In this document: one piece after another, positions 19,371-29,231 of the stretch | Numbering within the stretch: the stretch's first letter is position 1 | Layout of the letters: each line of letters begins with the position of its first letter | Assembly: GCA_035358315.1 (NCBI GenBank) | Contig: DAOPPB010000001.1 | Coordinates: 1-59,688, forward strand | Origin: a bacterium | GTDB lineage: Bacteria > Patescibacteriota > WWE3 > UBA101185 > UBA10185 | Direction of reading: 5' to 3' | Length of the DNA: 59,688 nucleotides | Translations under genes and position numbers: made by a program | Notes under the pieces: generated by a model | The model's input: the letters and a program-made list of their open reading frames with translations, nothing else | Told to the model about the DNA's origin: nothing | Database searches by the model: none

Positions 19371-19922
19371 TTAAGCCTTTGAAATATATTCGCCACTTCT
19401 TGTATCTACTTTTATTTTGTCACCTATTCTTATAAACATTGGAACCTTTACTTTTGTGCCATTTTCAAGTTCTGCATCCTTATAAACATTCGTTACCGTG
19501 TTGCCTTTAAATCCCGGCTCCGTATATTTTATTTCAAAAACCATGGTTATTGGGAGCTCAACACTAATAGGTTCACCTTCGAAGTATTTGATCATAACCC
19601 TCTCCCCTTCTTTTAAGAATTTAGCACTACCTCCTATCGTTTCTTCATTTATTGTAAATTGATCATAAGTATCCGGATCCATAAAAACATATCCGGAATC
19701 TTTATATAAAAACTGGGCATTTTTCGTTTCCACATAAGTATCCTCAACATGAGCCGTAGATTGCCAAGACCTTTCCAAAACCTGGCCTGTTATAAGATCT
19801 TTCACTCGCACCCTAACCTGGGCGCTTCCGCGGCTTAATTTTACGTGCTCGTATTTAAGAACAATAAAAGGATGCCCATTTTCTTTGAATATTGTTCCGT
19901 TTTTTAAATCCGTAACTACCAT
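19371..19922 (-). CDS. efp: Elongation factor P
   Basis: 183 aa with full-length similarity to EF-P (three OB/KOW-like domains). The tip loop reads HVKLSRGSAQVRV. Confidence 0.93.
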   Translation of the reverse strand: MVVTDLKNGTIFKENGHPFIVLKYEHVKLSRGSAQVRVRVKDLITGQVLERSWQSTAHVEDTYVETKNAQFLYKDSGYVFMDPDTYDQFTINEETIGGSAKFLKEGERVMIKYFEGEPISVELPITMVFEIKYTEPGFKGNTVTNVYKDAELENGTKVKVPMFIRIGDKIKVDTRSGEYISKA

Positions 19923-19952
19923 AATTTTTATATCCTCACCTCAAAAATAAAT

Positions 19953-20040
19953 TGGTGCCGTGGGTGGGAGTCGAACCCACACAGGATTTAATTCCCAGTG
20001 GTTTTTGAGACCACCGCGTATACCATTCCGCCACCACGGC
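19953..20040 (-). tRNA. tRNA-Leu (anticodon CAA), class II with long variable arm, CCA encoded
   Basis: Reverse complement is GCCGTGG TG GCGG..; the anticodon stem GTGGT/ACCAC has loop CTCAAAA. Long variable arm, T arm GGGTTCGACTCCCAC, 3' end ...CCACGGC A CCA. Confidence 0.9.
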
Positions 20041-20165
20041 AAATACCACGATTATTCTACCACAGAAAAACCGCAGAAAAATTCTCAATAGAGTTGCATT
20101 TCGGAAAAAGGCCAAAAAATTGTAAAATTATGAGAAAGTGAAAAATAAAAATAGGTAAAGAGTTA

Positions 20166-21509
20166 TTAATCTTCTTTTCGTTCTACCTCGTAGAATTTCG
20201 TGTATTCTGATCTAAAGAATAAATCTATCTCTCCGGTAGGCCCGTTTCTGTGTTTGGCTATAATCAGTTTCGCATTTGACTTATCCTCTTCATCGGGATG
20301 ATACAAAAACATTACTATATCAGCGTCCTGTTCAATGGAACCAGAATCTCTAAGGTCGGAAAGCTGTGGTTTTTTATCTCCCCCTCTTTGCTCAACAGCA
20401 CGGGAAAGCTGGGAAACTGCGAGAACCGGCACTTTTAGCTCTCTTGCTAAATTTTTCAAGCCCTGAGAAATTTTGGAGACTTCTTGTACTCTGCTTTCCG
20501 CCTGGGGGGCTTTTACCAACTGCATATAATCCACTATTATCAGATCTATTTTGTTTTCAAGCATAAGTCTTCTTGCTTTAGTTCTCATCTCCATAACACT
20601 TATACCCGCAGTATCATCAATAAAAATATTAGCCTCGGCGAGCTCTCCTGCGGCAACTCCATATTTTTCAAAATCCTCCTCATCCAAATTTCCGGTAGAA
20701 ATCTTCCAATTATCTATACCGGCCTGAGAAGATATCATCCTATCAACTAGCATTTCCCTACCCATTTCAAGAGAAAAAATAGCCACACCAAACTTTCCCT
20801 CCACAGCGGCATGCTGGGCAATATTCAAAGCTAAAGAAGTTTTTCCGACGGAAGGCCTCGCCGCTAAAACTATCAAATTTTCCTTCTGGAGACCAGAAAG
20901 CATTCTATCCAAACTTTTTAACCCCGTTGGAACCCCTCTCAAACTTCCTCTTTTTTTACTTAATTCATCAAGTCTCTCGAAAGTTACTTCCAAAGTATCT
21001 TTTACCGGCACAAAATCCTGGTGCGTTAAATCCTGGGATAATGAGTATATAAGTTGTTCAGATTTGTCCAAAAGGTCTTCAACCTCACCTTCGTCAAAAA
21101 CGGATTCTCCTATTTCCGAGGCGGCAGACATAAGAGATCTTTTTATAGCATCGTTTTTTATCAGCCTGGCGTAGGCCTCAATATTGGCCGAAGTTGGGAC
21201 AAAATTAACAAGTTCAGTTAAATAAGCTACACCTCCAACATTTTCCAATTCTTTCATTTTTTTCAATTGATTGGGAACAGTTATTAAATCTGCGGGCTCC
21301 CTTTTTTCATAAAGAGTCAGAATTGCTTCGTATATTTTTTCATGAGAAGGTTTATAAAAGTGCTTTGGTTTTAAAAATTCAACAACTTTAACTATTGCAT
21401 CTTTATCAATCAAAATAGCTCCGAGAACAGATTTTTCCGCCTCTAAATCGTGAGGGGGTACATGCACTCCGGAATCTTCACTTTTATTTTTTGCCCTTTG
21501 AGCCGCCAT
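20166..21509 (-). CDS. dnaB: Replicative DNA helicase DnaB
   Basis: Motifs PPHDLEAEKSVLGAIL, LIVLAARPSVGKTSLALN, IDLIIVDYMQL and QLSR..E. Confidence 0.95.
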   Translation of the reverse strand: MAAQRAKNKSEDSGVHVPPHDLEAEKSVLGAILIDKDAIVKVVEFLKPKHFYKPSHEKIYEAILTLYEKREPADLITVPNQLKKMKELENVGGVAYLTELVNFVPTSANIEAYARLIKNDAIKRSLMSAASEIGESVFDEGEVEDLLDKSEQLIYSLSQDLTHQDFVPVKDTLEVTFERLDELSKKRGSLRGVPTGLKSLDRMLSGLQKENLIVLAARPSVGKTSLALNIAQHAAVEGKFGVAIFSLEMGREMLVDRMISSQAGIDNWKISTGNLDEEDFEKYGVAAGELAEANIFIDDTAGISVMEMRTKARRLMLENKIDLIIVDYMQLVKAPQAESRVQEVSKISQGLKNLARELKVPVLAVSQLSRAVEQRGGDKKPQLSDLRDSGSIEQDADIVMFLYHPDEEDKSNAKLIIAKHRNGPTGEIDLFFRSEYTKFYEVERKED

Positions 21510-21533
21510 TAAATTTTCCTTAACCCTAATTTT

Positions 21534-22187
21534 TTAGTGTGTGGGTTTTAAAACTATCACCTCAGTCTCACCGTCTAAATCACTTTTAGCGTTTAACACC
21601 AATTTATCTAAGTCCTTTTTAACGCCATTTTCAACCCCCATCTCATCCAAAAACTCATCAACACTACTCAAACCGTCAATTCCGGTAAGATCAGGTGTTT
21701 TATAATGCATAGGAACAACATAAGAAGGTTCGAGGGAAGATATAACCTTTACTGCCGTTTTTGCATCAATCGTATATTTATTTCCTACAGGAATCATCAG
21801 CACATCTACATCGGGAATCTTTTCTAAATCCTCCTGGGAAAGCTCACAACCAAGATCTCCGAGATGAAGAATATTAAGTCCGTCCAGTGTAATAAGATAC
21901 ATAGTTACCTTTCCTCTCTCTGCGCCTCCTTTATTATCGTGGCTGACTTCTCTGCCGTAAATAAAACACCCGCCGATTTCGTACTCGCCGGGGCCGTCCA
22001 CTAAAAGCCGATACCCTTCCACACCCTGTATATAACTATGATCAAAGTGATTGTGTGTCACCAAAAGCGCGTCGCATGATAATTTAGGCAATTTATATCC
22101 TATTTTAGGATCGTACGGATCTATCACCAGAGTGATATTCTTATCCTTTATTTTAAAACAGGAATGTCCTATGTATGTAATTTCCAT
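21534..22187 (-). CDS. MBL-fold metal-dependent hydrolase (UPF0173-like)
   Basis: Motif LVTHNHFDH, 217 aa. Confidence 0.8.
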   Translation of the reverse strand: MEITYIGHSCFKIKDKNITLVIDPYDPKIGYKLPKLSCDALLVTHNHFDHSYIQGVEGYRLLVDGPGEYEIGGCFIYGREVSHDNKGGAERGKVTMYLITLDGLNILHLGDLGCELSQEDLEKIPDVDVLMIPVGNKYTIDAKTAVKVISSLEPSYVVPMHYKTPDLTGIDGLSSVDEFLDEMGVENGVKKDLDKLVLNAKSDLDGETEVIVLKPTH

Positions 22188-22285
22188 GAGAACAATATAC
22201 CAAAGTAGATTAAATTTTGAAAGATTGAGATTGTACCCAAATTATTGGTAAAATAATTGCATTGCACACCGATATGGCACGATAT

Positions 22286-22363
22286 GGTGGTTGTAGCTCA
22301 GTTGGTTAGAGCGCCTCTCTGTGGAAGAGGAGGTCGCGGGTTCGAGACCCGTCAACCACCCCA
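22286..22363 (+). tRNA. tRNA-His (anticodon GTG) with genome-encoded G-1 and CCA
   Basis: G-1 + GTGGTTG acceptor, D arm GCTC/GAGC, anticodon stem CCTCT/AGAGG with loop CTGTGGA, T arm GCGGG TTCGAGA CCCGT, acceptor CAACCAC, discriminator C (pairs with G-1), CCA. Confidence 0.92.
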
Positions 22364-22587
22364 TATAAATGTATATGAACCCGAAGTATTTGCACATACA
22401 TATGCTAGGTTTTGCGGGGTGAGAATGATCCGCGACGAGCGGGAGGGAAAAGACCGATGGATACATCCACAGATACGAACAGAAGACCGGGACCTGTCAA
22501 CTACTCCACTGTCCTTCACAAATTTGACGTCTCACGAAAATAGCATTAATATCAGCACAAAATACAGGGAAAAAAGGAGAAAGAAAA

Positions 22588-22962
22588 ATGACTGAACCGG
22601 CTGAAATTAGACGTGTTGTCCTTTCCGTTGAATTTACCAATACCCAAAGTGCTGATAAAATCAACATGAATATTGGGCAATCCGCCCCCGACTTCATTCT
22701 CATAGCTTTTCAGGATAGCTCACGTGATTTCATACTTTCAACATGGGAGCCACTGGAAATGCTAAGAAAAGAGAAAGAGTTGAGTGAGGAATTACGCCAA
22801 AAAATAGGGGGAAAAGCTAAATATTTTATTGCTATAACACTAGGAATATTCATTCAGAAGAACGATGAGGAAGAGTGGCCAAACATTATATTCGATACAA
22901 TGAGAATTGTATCCGAAGTGCTTAACTCGAGTTGTTACTTATCCGGTACGCTGGAGCTCTAA
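22588..22962 (+). CDS. Hypothetical protein, 124 aa
   Basis: Strong SD (aaaaaggagaaagaaaaATG) and a clean terminator downstream. No recognisable motif. Confidence 0.5.
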   Translation: MTEPAEIRRVVLSVEFTNTQSADKINMNIGQSAPDFILIAFQDSSRDFILSTWEPLEMLRKEKELSEELRQKIGGKAKYFIAITLGIFIQKNDEEEWPNIIFDTMRIVSEVLNSSCYLSGTLEL

Positions 22963-22969
22963 AAAACCA

Positions 22970-23015
22970 AGTCCCTGTCTGAAAGAACAAAATCTTCACA
23001 GGGACTTTCCTTTTT
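22970..23015 (+). terminator. Rho-independent terminator
   Basis: AGTCCCTG (22970-22977) pairs with CAGGGACT (22998-23005), followed by TTCCTTTTTC. Confidence 0.7.
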
Positions 23016-23125
23016 CATCTTTTCCACTAATAAAACATAATTAAACCCCAAACTTAAATAATTCAAACAAATCGCCCCAAAAATGTATAATAAATATCAG
23101 TCCGCTTTTTTTAAATAAGATAAAA

Positions 23126-24436
23126 ATGGATAAAAACGCAAAAGAAAAACTAAACACGCAGCCCTATAAAGGTGCGAGAGACTTTTACCCCGAAGATATG
23201 AAGGTAAGAAATTTCATATTTGAAAATTGGAAAAAAGTATGTAAATCCTATGGTTACGAAGAATATGACGGACCTTTCTTAGAAAATTTTGACTTGTACG
23301 CCGCCAAATCCGGTGAGGAACTCGTGAATGAGCAACTTTATAGTTTTACGGACAGGGGAAACAGAAAAGTAGCTATCAGACCGGAAATGACACCTACTCT
23401 CGCTCGAATGGTTGCAAAGAAACTCAATGAACTAGCTAAACCGATAAGATGGTTTTCAATTGCAAATTTCTGGAGATACGAAAAACCTCAAAGGGGACGC
23501 GGAAGAGAGTTTTTTCAGCTTAACGCCGACATTTTCGGATTTGAAGGAATAGAAGCGGATTTTGAAGTAATTTCCCTTGCGATTGATTTAATGAAATCTT
23601 TCGATGCAAAAGAGGGGATGTTTGAGATAAGAATAAATGACAGAAAACTTATAGACGATTTTTACAGAAAACTGAAATTAAATGAATCTCAGATAAAAAT
23701 AGTAAACAAGGCAATAGACAAAAAAACAAAAATATCAGAGGAAGAATTTGAAGAATGGCTTGCAGATGAAGCAAAAATGAGCAAGCCACAGCTGGAAAAA
23801 CTGGTTAATTTCATGGAAAATCCCTACCCTACTTTAGAAGAATTATTAAATGAAAAATCAGAGGGAGCTTTAGAATTAAAAAATATCTTGAATTTAATTG
23901 ATAAGTACAAATTGAACAACTTGGTAAAATTCAGCCCATCGGTAATAAGAGGCCTCGATTACTACACAGGAATGGTATTTGAGATATTCGATTTAAATCC
24001 GCAAAATACCAGGGCTATTGCAGGAGGTGGAAGATATGACAATCTTATAAACCTATTCAGTGAAGAAAATCTTACAGGAACAGGATTTGCCATGGGTGAT
24101 ATCACTCTTCAGGATTTTTTGCTAACATGGAATCTTCTCCCGGGTTTTGAAAGTGAATGCGAGTACTTGGTTACCTTATGGCCCTCTGAAGACACAAAAT
24201 TCCTTGAAAAAACGCTTGAAGTATCAAATATTTTAAGAGGTAAGGGTAAAAATGTTTCAACATGGCTTGAAAAAAACACAAAACTGGATAAGCAACTAAA
24301 ATACGCCGATAAAAAAGGATTCAAATATGCCGTTATCATCGGAGAAAATGAAATAAAGAAAAACACGATAATGATAAAAGATATGGTAACAAAAAACCAA
24401 TCCGAAATTGAACTTAATGATGAATTTTCAATATAA
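23126..24436 (+). CDS. hisS: Histidyl-tRNA synthetase
   Basis: Class II motifs: GARDFYPEDM, RPEMTPTLARMVA, FRYEKPQRGRGREFFQ and AGGGRYDNL. Confidence 0.95.
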   Translation: MDKNAKEKLNTQPYKGARDFYPEDMKVRNFIFENWKKVCKSYGYEEYDGPFLENFDLYAAKSGEELVNEQLYSFTDRGNRKVAIRPEMTPTLARMVAKKLNELAKPIRWFSIANFWRYEKPQRGRGREFFQLNADIFGFEGIEADFEVISLAIDLMKSFDAKEGMFEIRINDRKLIDDFYRKLKLNESQIKIVNKAIDKKTKISEEEFEEWLADEAKMSKPQLEKLVNFMENPYPTLEELLNEKSEGALELKNILNLIDKYKLNNLVKFSPSVIRGLDYYTGMVFEIFDLNPQNTRAIAGGGRYDNLINLFSEENLTGTGFAMGDITLQDFLLTWNLLPGFESECEYLVTLWPSEDTKFLEKTLEVSNILRGKGKNVSTWLEKNTKLDKQLKYADKKGFKYAVIIGENEIKKNTIMIKDMVTKNQSEIELNDEFSI

Positions 24437-24447
24437 GATAGTTGCCG

Positions 24448-25440
24448 ATGCGTAAAAACAAGCTGCCCGACAATCTGCTAAAAGGTTATGTTTTCCTTCT
24501 TATAACAACAATACTATGGTCCGCCGGAGGGCCGGTAATAAAGTATACTCTTTCCTACATACCTCCTTTTACATTCCTTTTTTTAAGATTTCTAATTGTC
24601 TGCATTATTTTGTTGCCTTACACAATATACGAGGTTCAAAAGGTAAAGGTGGATCCGAGGGATTATCTCAATCTCTTTCTGCTGGGTGTATTTTCTCAAT
24701 CAGCTATAGCTCTCATTTTTGTAGCCCTAAAATACACAACCGTAATAGACGATGCCACTATAGGAGTGCTGGGATCCATATTATCCGTCGCTGCCGGAAG
24801 CTATTTTTATAATGAAAAAATAAGCAAAAATCTTAAAATAGGTCTGGTTTTGTCTTCCATAGGAACACTGATTATTGTAATAGAACCTCTTTTCACCGGG
24901 CTTGGAAAAACCGAAATCACCGGCAGAATATTCGGAAATATCTTACTTCTTTTATATAATTTCTTTTGGGTGGTTTTTATTGTATGGTCAAAAATGGATA
25001 TGGGTGAAGAATCCAAATTACTGAAAAAAACCCTAAGTTTTGTTCACATCAAACCGATGAGAAAAAATTATCCCCCCACTCTTATAACTGCCATATCAAT
25101 GTTTGTCGGTCTATTTACAATAGCTCCTCTTTCCGTTTTTGAAATGACGGGAACTTTCGGAGAAATTAATAACTTTAATATAATGGAAATAGACCCCAAA
25201 GGAATTTTCGGATTGTTGTATATGGCAATATTTTCATCCATAGTTGCTTACGCTCTTTATCAAAAAGCCATATCCATGGTAAGAGTTTCCGATTTAGCTT
25301 TTTTCCATTACCTAAGTCCTGTGTTTACTATTCCCTTCGCGTACCTGCTTTTAAAGGAAATTCCGACTCCTTTAGTCATAATCGGTTCAGTATTTATAGC
25401 AATTGGTATTTACATAGCCGAGAAAAACGGTTCAGATTAA
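24448..25440 (+). CDS. EamA/DMT-superfamily transporter
   Basis: About 10 TM segments in two EamA-like halves. I use the ATG at 24448, two codons inside the TTG-initiated ORF. Confidence 0.75.
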   Translation: MRKNKLPDNLLKGYVFLLITTILWSAGGPVIKYTLSYIPPFTFLFLRFLIVCIILLPYTIYEVQKVKVDPRDYLNLFLLGVFSQSAIALIFVALKYTTVIDDATIGVLGSILSVAAGSYFYNEKISKNLKIGLVLSSIGTLIIVIEPLFTGLGKTEITGRIFGNILLLLYNFFWVVFIVWSKMDMGEESKLLKKTLSFVHIKPMRKNYPPTLITAISMFVGLFTIAPLSVFEMTGTFGEINNFNIMEIDPKGIFGLLYMAIFSSIVAYALYQKAISMVRVSDLAFFHYLSPVFTIPFAYLLLKEIPTPLVIIGSVFIAIGIYIAEKNGSD

Positions 25441-25493
25441 TTTTCAATTAACGCTTGTTGAATGAAGAAAATCCTGTTATACTCCCTGTCGTT

Positions 25494-25844
25494 ATGAAAA
25501 AGGACATACATCCAAAACTAAACAAAGAATGTGTAGTAACCTGCGCTTGCGGGAATACATTTACCACCATGTCTACCCTACCCTCAATAACTGTTGAGAT
25601 ATGCAGTGCGTGCCATCCGTTTTATACCGGACAAGCTAAATTTGTTGATACAGAGGGAAGGATAGAAAAATTCTCCAAAAAGCTAAAAGTAGCGGAGGAG
25701 AAGAAAAAGGCAGCCACAGAGCTGGAGCAGATAAAAAATGCAAAAAAGAAAAGCACCGAAGAATACAAAGAAATGTCACTGAAAGAGATGCTTCAAAAAG
25801 CTCAAATAAAAGAAAAAGACGTTGATGAGCCTGATAAGATTTAA
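25494..25844 (+). CDS. rpmE: 50S ribosomal protein L31 (zinc-binding type) with Lys/Glu-rich C-terminal extension
   Basis: [23 protein letters not shown]...[10 protein letters not shown]. There are about 50 extra residues after the conserved core. Confidence 0.9.
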   Translation: MKKDIHPKLNKECVVTCACGNTFTTMSTLPSITVEICSACHPFYTGQAKFVDTEGRIEKFSKKLKVAEEKKKAATELEQIKNAKKKSTEEYKEMSLKEMLQKAQIKEKDVDEPDKI

Positions 25845-25846
25845 GT

Positions 25847-26827
25847 ATGAATCAGGAATATCTTAAAAACGAGATTGATAAGTTAGATGGGGAGGTAAAA
25901 AAGAATCTTGATTTGTTGGAAAAAGAAAAAGATGAAGAAATGAAGAAAATGATTGAGGAAGAGATAGAAACATTGAAAAAACAAAAAACAGAATTAGAAC
26001 AATCCCTGAGTAATTTTTCCGACAGCTACCACCAGAAAGACAAAAACTCCGAGGAACAGGATGAAATACCAGCTATTGATGAAAACACGGCTATACTGGA
26101 AATAAGATCGGGAGCTGGTGGAGATGAGGCAGGTCTTTTTGCAAGAGATTTATATAGGATGTATTCAAGATATGGAGAAAAATCCGGGTGGAAAATAACG
26201 GAAACCTATGTTAATGAAAACGAGGCTGGAGGTATAAAAACATTAACAGCTGAAATAAAAGGTCAAAATGTATATAACCTGCTCAAATACGAGTCAGGAG
26301 TTCACAGGGTACAAAGAATACCTATAACTGAAGCCGCAGGAAGAATACATACATCAACTGCTACAGTAGCGATTCTCCCAAAATTCAAAAGAATAGAAAT
26401 TGAGATCAAACCTGAGGACCTGAAATGGGATTTTTTCAGGTCGGGTGGAAAAGGAGGACAGAATGTAAATAAAGTATCCACCGCCGTCAGATTAACGCAC
26501 ATTCCGACAGGAACCGTAGTTGAGTGCCAGGAAGAAAGATTTCAGGGAAGAAATAGGGAAAAAGCTTTGGAAATACTACGCTCTAAACTATATTCCGAAA
26601 TGCAGGAGCAAAAGGTTAAGAATATTTCGGATTTAAGATCGTCCCAGGTAGGTTCGGCAGAAAGAAGCGAAAAAATAAGAACATACAATTTCCCTCAGGA
26701 CAGAATTACCGACCACAGAATAAATAAAACTTGGCACAGTATTGAAAAGGTTATGGACGGAGAAATAGAAAATATCTTAAAAGAAACCAGAGAGGAAATG
26801 GAGCAGGCGGAGGCAGAAAGAAAATAA
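25847..26827 (+). CDS. prfA: Peptide chain release factor 1
   Basis: [20 protein letters not shown] (GGQ). [23 protein letters not shown] carries a PxT-type tripeptide (PIT) rather than the SPF of RF2. Confidence 0.88.
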   Translation: MNQEYLKNEIDKLDGEVKKNLDLLEKEKDEEMKKMIEEEIETLKKQKTELEQSLSNFSDSYHQKDKNSEEQDEIPAIDENTAILEIRSGAGGDEAGLFARDLYRMYSRYGEKSGWKITETYVNENEAGGIKTLTAEIKGQNVYNLLKYESGVHRVQRIPITEAAGRIHTSTATVAILPKFKRIEIEIKPEDLKWDFFRSGGKGGQNVNKVSTAVRLTHIPTGTVVECQEERFQGRNREKALEILRSKLYSEMQEQKVKNISDLRSSQVGSAERSEKIRTYNFPQDRITDHRINKTWHSIEKVMDGEIENILKETREEMEQAEAERK

Positions 26828-26831
26828 GTTC

Positions 26832-27986
26832 TTAATCGTTGGGCATTTCAGCAAGTGTTGCACTAATTGTTAGTTCTTTTCCGCTTCTATCTATTGTTAA
26901 AGTTACTTTATCCCCAACCTCCAAAGTACTTATAACCTTTGATAAAGTATTTTCACCTGTAATTTTTTCGTTGTTTACCTTCAAAATTATATCTCCCCTC
27001 TTCAAACCGGCTTTATCTGCAGGAGAATTTTGCATAACAGAAGAAACATAAGCGCCTTCAGGCATATTCCTGGATTTGGCCAGCTCCTTTGTGATCAGAA
27101 CGTATGAAACACCCAAATAAGGTCTCACTATTTTTCCCTTTTCTATAAAAGAAGCCAAGATGGGTTTGACAACATTAACTGGAATCGCGAAACCAATATT
27201 TTCCGCGCCTAGTGTCGTCGCTACATTAACGCCTATTACCTGACCGGATGAATTTAACAAAGGACCACCAGAATTTCCGGGATTTAAAGCCGCATCCGTT
27301 TGAATAACATTTTCATATGTTTTCCGCTGTCCAAAACCCGAAGAGGCCTGCACTTCTCTGGCTGTACCTGATATAACACCTACCGTAACGGTATTATCAA
27401 ATCTCCCAAGAGCATTTCCTATAGCAATAGCTTTTTGCCCGACTTTCAGACTATCGGAATCACCGAACTCCACTGTAGGAAGATTTCTTGCGGTTATTTC
27501 CAAAATCGCGATATCGGAATACTCATCCAGATGGATCTTATCAACGGAGTAAGTCGTTCCATCCTTTAACACAACCGAGTATTCCCCGTTCGGATCATTT
27601 ACTACATGACTGTTTGTAATTATCAAACCATTGGAATCAACAATAAAACCGGTTCCTATTCCCGATTCATACGTGTCGGTAAATCCGGAAAAAATATCAA
27701 AATCTGTAGTTTTCACAACAATAGAAACAACAGCAGGAGAAACTTTGTCGACAACACTTATAGTTTCGGACTCTTCCTGCACTATTTTCTGATTAACAAT
27801 TTCAACCGGGCCTTCATACTTCTTCTCTTTTTCTTTGAATAGACCTGATTCTCTGAAAATTCCGCTGAAAATCTCAGAACTTCTTTCCCTTAACAGAGAC
27901 CAATTGTATTTAAAAACAGGAAAAAATACGAGTATAAAAATCGCTATGGATACAAAAAGTATTATTCTTTTCTTACCTTTTGACAT
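26832..27986 (-). CDS. HtrA/DegP-family serine protease with one PDZ domain
   Basis: N-terminal TM, TNSHVV, DIAIL, GNSGGPLLN, and a C-terminal PDZ (GLKRGDIILKVN). Confidence 0.9.
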   Translation of the reverse strand: MSKGKKRIILFVSIAIFILVFFPVFKYNWSLLRERSSEIFSGIFRESGLFKEKEKKYEGPVEIVNQKIVQEESETISVVDKVSPAVVSIVVKTTDFDIFSGFTDTYESGIGTGFIVDSNGLIITNSHVVNDPNGEYSVVLKDGTTYSVDKIHLDEYSDIAILEITARNLPTVEFGDSDSLKVGQKAIAIGNALGRFDNTVTVGVISGTAREVQASSGFGQRKTYENVIQTDAALNPGNSGGPLLNSSGQVIGVNVATTLGAENIGFAIPVNVVKPILASFIEKGKIVRPYLGVSYVLITKELAKSRNMPEGAYVSSVMQNSPADKAGLKRGDIILKVNNEKITGENTLSKVISTLEVGDKVTLTIDRSGKELTISATLAEMPND

Positions 27987-28010
27987 ATATCAGCGCAGAT
28001 TATAAACAGA

Positions 28011-29225
28011 TTAAAATTCTTTTGCAAGTTCAATTGCTTTATTAAGCTGAGCATCAACACCGTTACTCAAATCTTCGTCTGTTATTTCAACTTTAATATC
28101 CGGCTCCAATCCTTTTCCATGAACCCATTCTTTTTTGGGAGTAAGCCATTTTGCTATTGTTATGTGCAATCCAGAATTGTCATTGAAATCCTTGGCATCC
28201 TGTATAGTTCCTTTTCCGAAAGATTTCTCCCCGATTAACTTTGCTCCGATGTTATCCCTAAGAGCCGCTGCCAATATTTCAGAAGCGGAAGCACTACCCT
28301 GGTCTATCAACACAAATACAGCCGGAACATCTTTAAACACACCAACTTTAGAAGTTTTAAATGGTATCTGTTCCCCCATTGATGTTTCCTCGTATAAAAC
28401 CGTTTTATCACGGAAAAAGTCTTCTGAAATATGAATAGCCGACTCAAGATAACCACCCGGGTTTCCCCTTACATCTACGATTATTGCATCTAATTCCGGC
28501 ATTTTCACATTTACTTCGGAAGCCACTCTATCCCATTCCGTATTTGTATCGGTTCCGAATCTACTAATTCTTATGTAAGCCGTCCCATCACCCTTATCTT
28601 CCCATGTTACACTGGAAACGGTAATTACTCCCCTGGTAACTATAACTTCCCTGGGAGCTTCCGTGCCGGTCTGGAGAACTAATTTAACAGTTGTTCCGGA
28701 ATCTCCCCTGATTAAAGCAACCGCTTCACTGACATCCATTCCCGCAGTACTTTTGTCATCTATCTGTAATATCTTATCACCCGGTTTTGCACCCGCATTT
28801 TTGGCGGGAGACCCGTCAAAAGGGGAAACAATTATTAGGTTACCGTCTTTTAAACTAAGTTCCGCTCCGATGCCCTCATATCTTCCCCCCATTGAGTCCA
28901 TAAAACTCTCATTAACATCGGGAGGCAAAAAAGATGTGTAGGGATCACCTAAGGAATTAACCATACCGCTGATGGCTCCGTACATCATCTTTTTCTGGTC
29001 AATCGGTCTTTCCAAATATGTCGAATTCAGAAGATCCCATACTTCCCAAAAAAGTGAGAAATCTAATTTTCCGTCCGGAGGAAATTTATTGGTTATCTCA
29101 ATTTTTGGTGGATCTTTTCTTACTTCAAAAACAAAACCTCTCTTACCGAAGTAATACCCCCCGTAAAAAAACCCGATGGCTATCAAAACAGTTATTAAAA
29201 TACGTTGAAATTTCCTAAATTTCAT
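28011..29225 (-). CDS. S41 carboxy-terminal processing peptidase
   Basis: N-terminal TM, PDZ (AKNAGAKPGDKILQIDD), GNPGG and GSASASEILAAAL. Confidence 0.9.
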   Translation of the reverse strand: MKFRKFQRILITVLIAIGFFYGGYYFGKRGFVFEVRKDPPKIEITNKFPPDGKLDFSLFWEVWDLLNSTYLERPIDQKKMMYGAISGMVNSLGDPYTSFLPPDVNESFMDSMGGRYEGIGAELSLKDGNLIIVSPFDGSPAKNAGAKPGDKILQIDDKSTAGMDVSEAVALIRGDSGTTVKLVLQTGTEAPREVIVTRGVITVSSVTWEDKGDGTAYIRISRFGTDTNTEWDRVASEVNVKMPELDAIIVDVRGNPGGYLESAIHISEDFFRDKTVLYEETSMGEQIPFKTSKVGVFKDVPAVFVLIDQGSASASEILAAALRDNIGAKLIGEKSFGKGTIQDAKDFNDNSGLHITIAKWLTPKKEWVHGKGLEPDIKVEITDEDLSNGVDAQLNKAIELAKEF

Positions 29226-29231
29226 AAAAAT

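Noticed and set aside
22364-22587. Riboswitch or other known RNA family downstream of tRNA-His (the ACCGATGG ending is reminiscent of GEMM-I)
   Set aside because: Apart from that short string, I could not find any of the conserved cores I know (GEMM, SRP, tmRNA, RNase P GAGGAAAGTCC, 6S). It is most simply the 5' UTR of the 124-aa gene.
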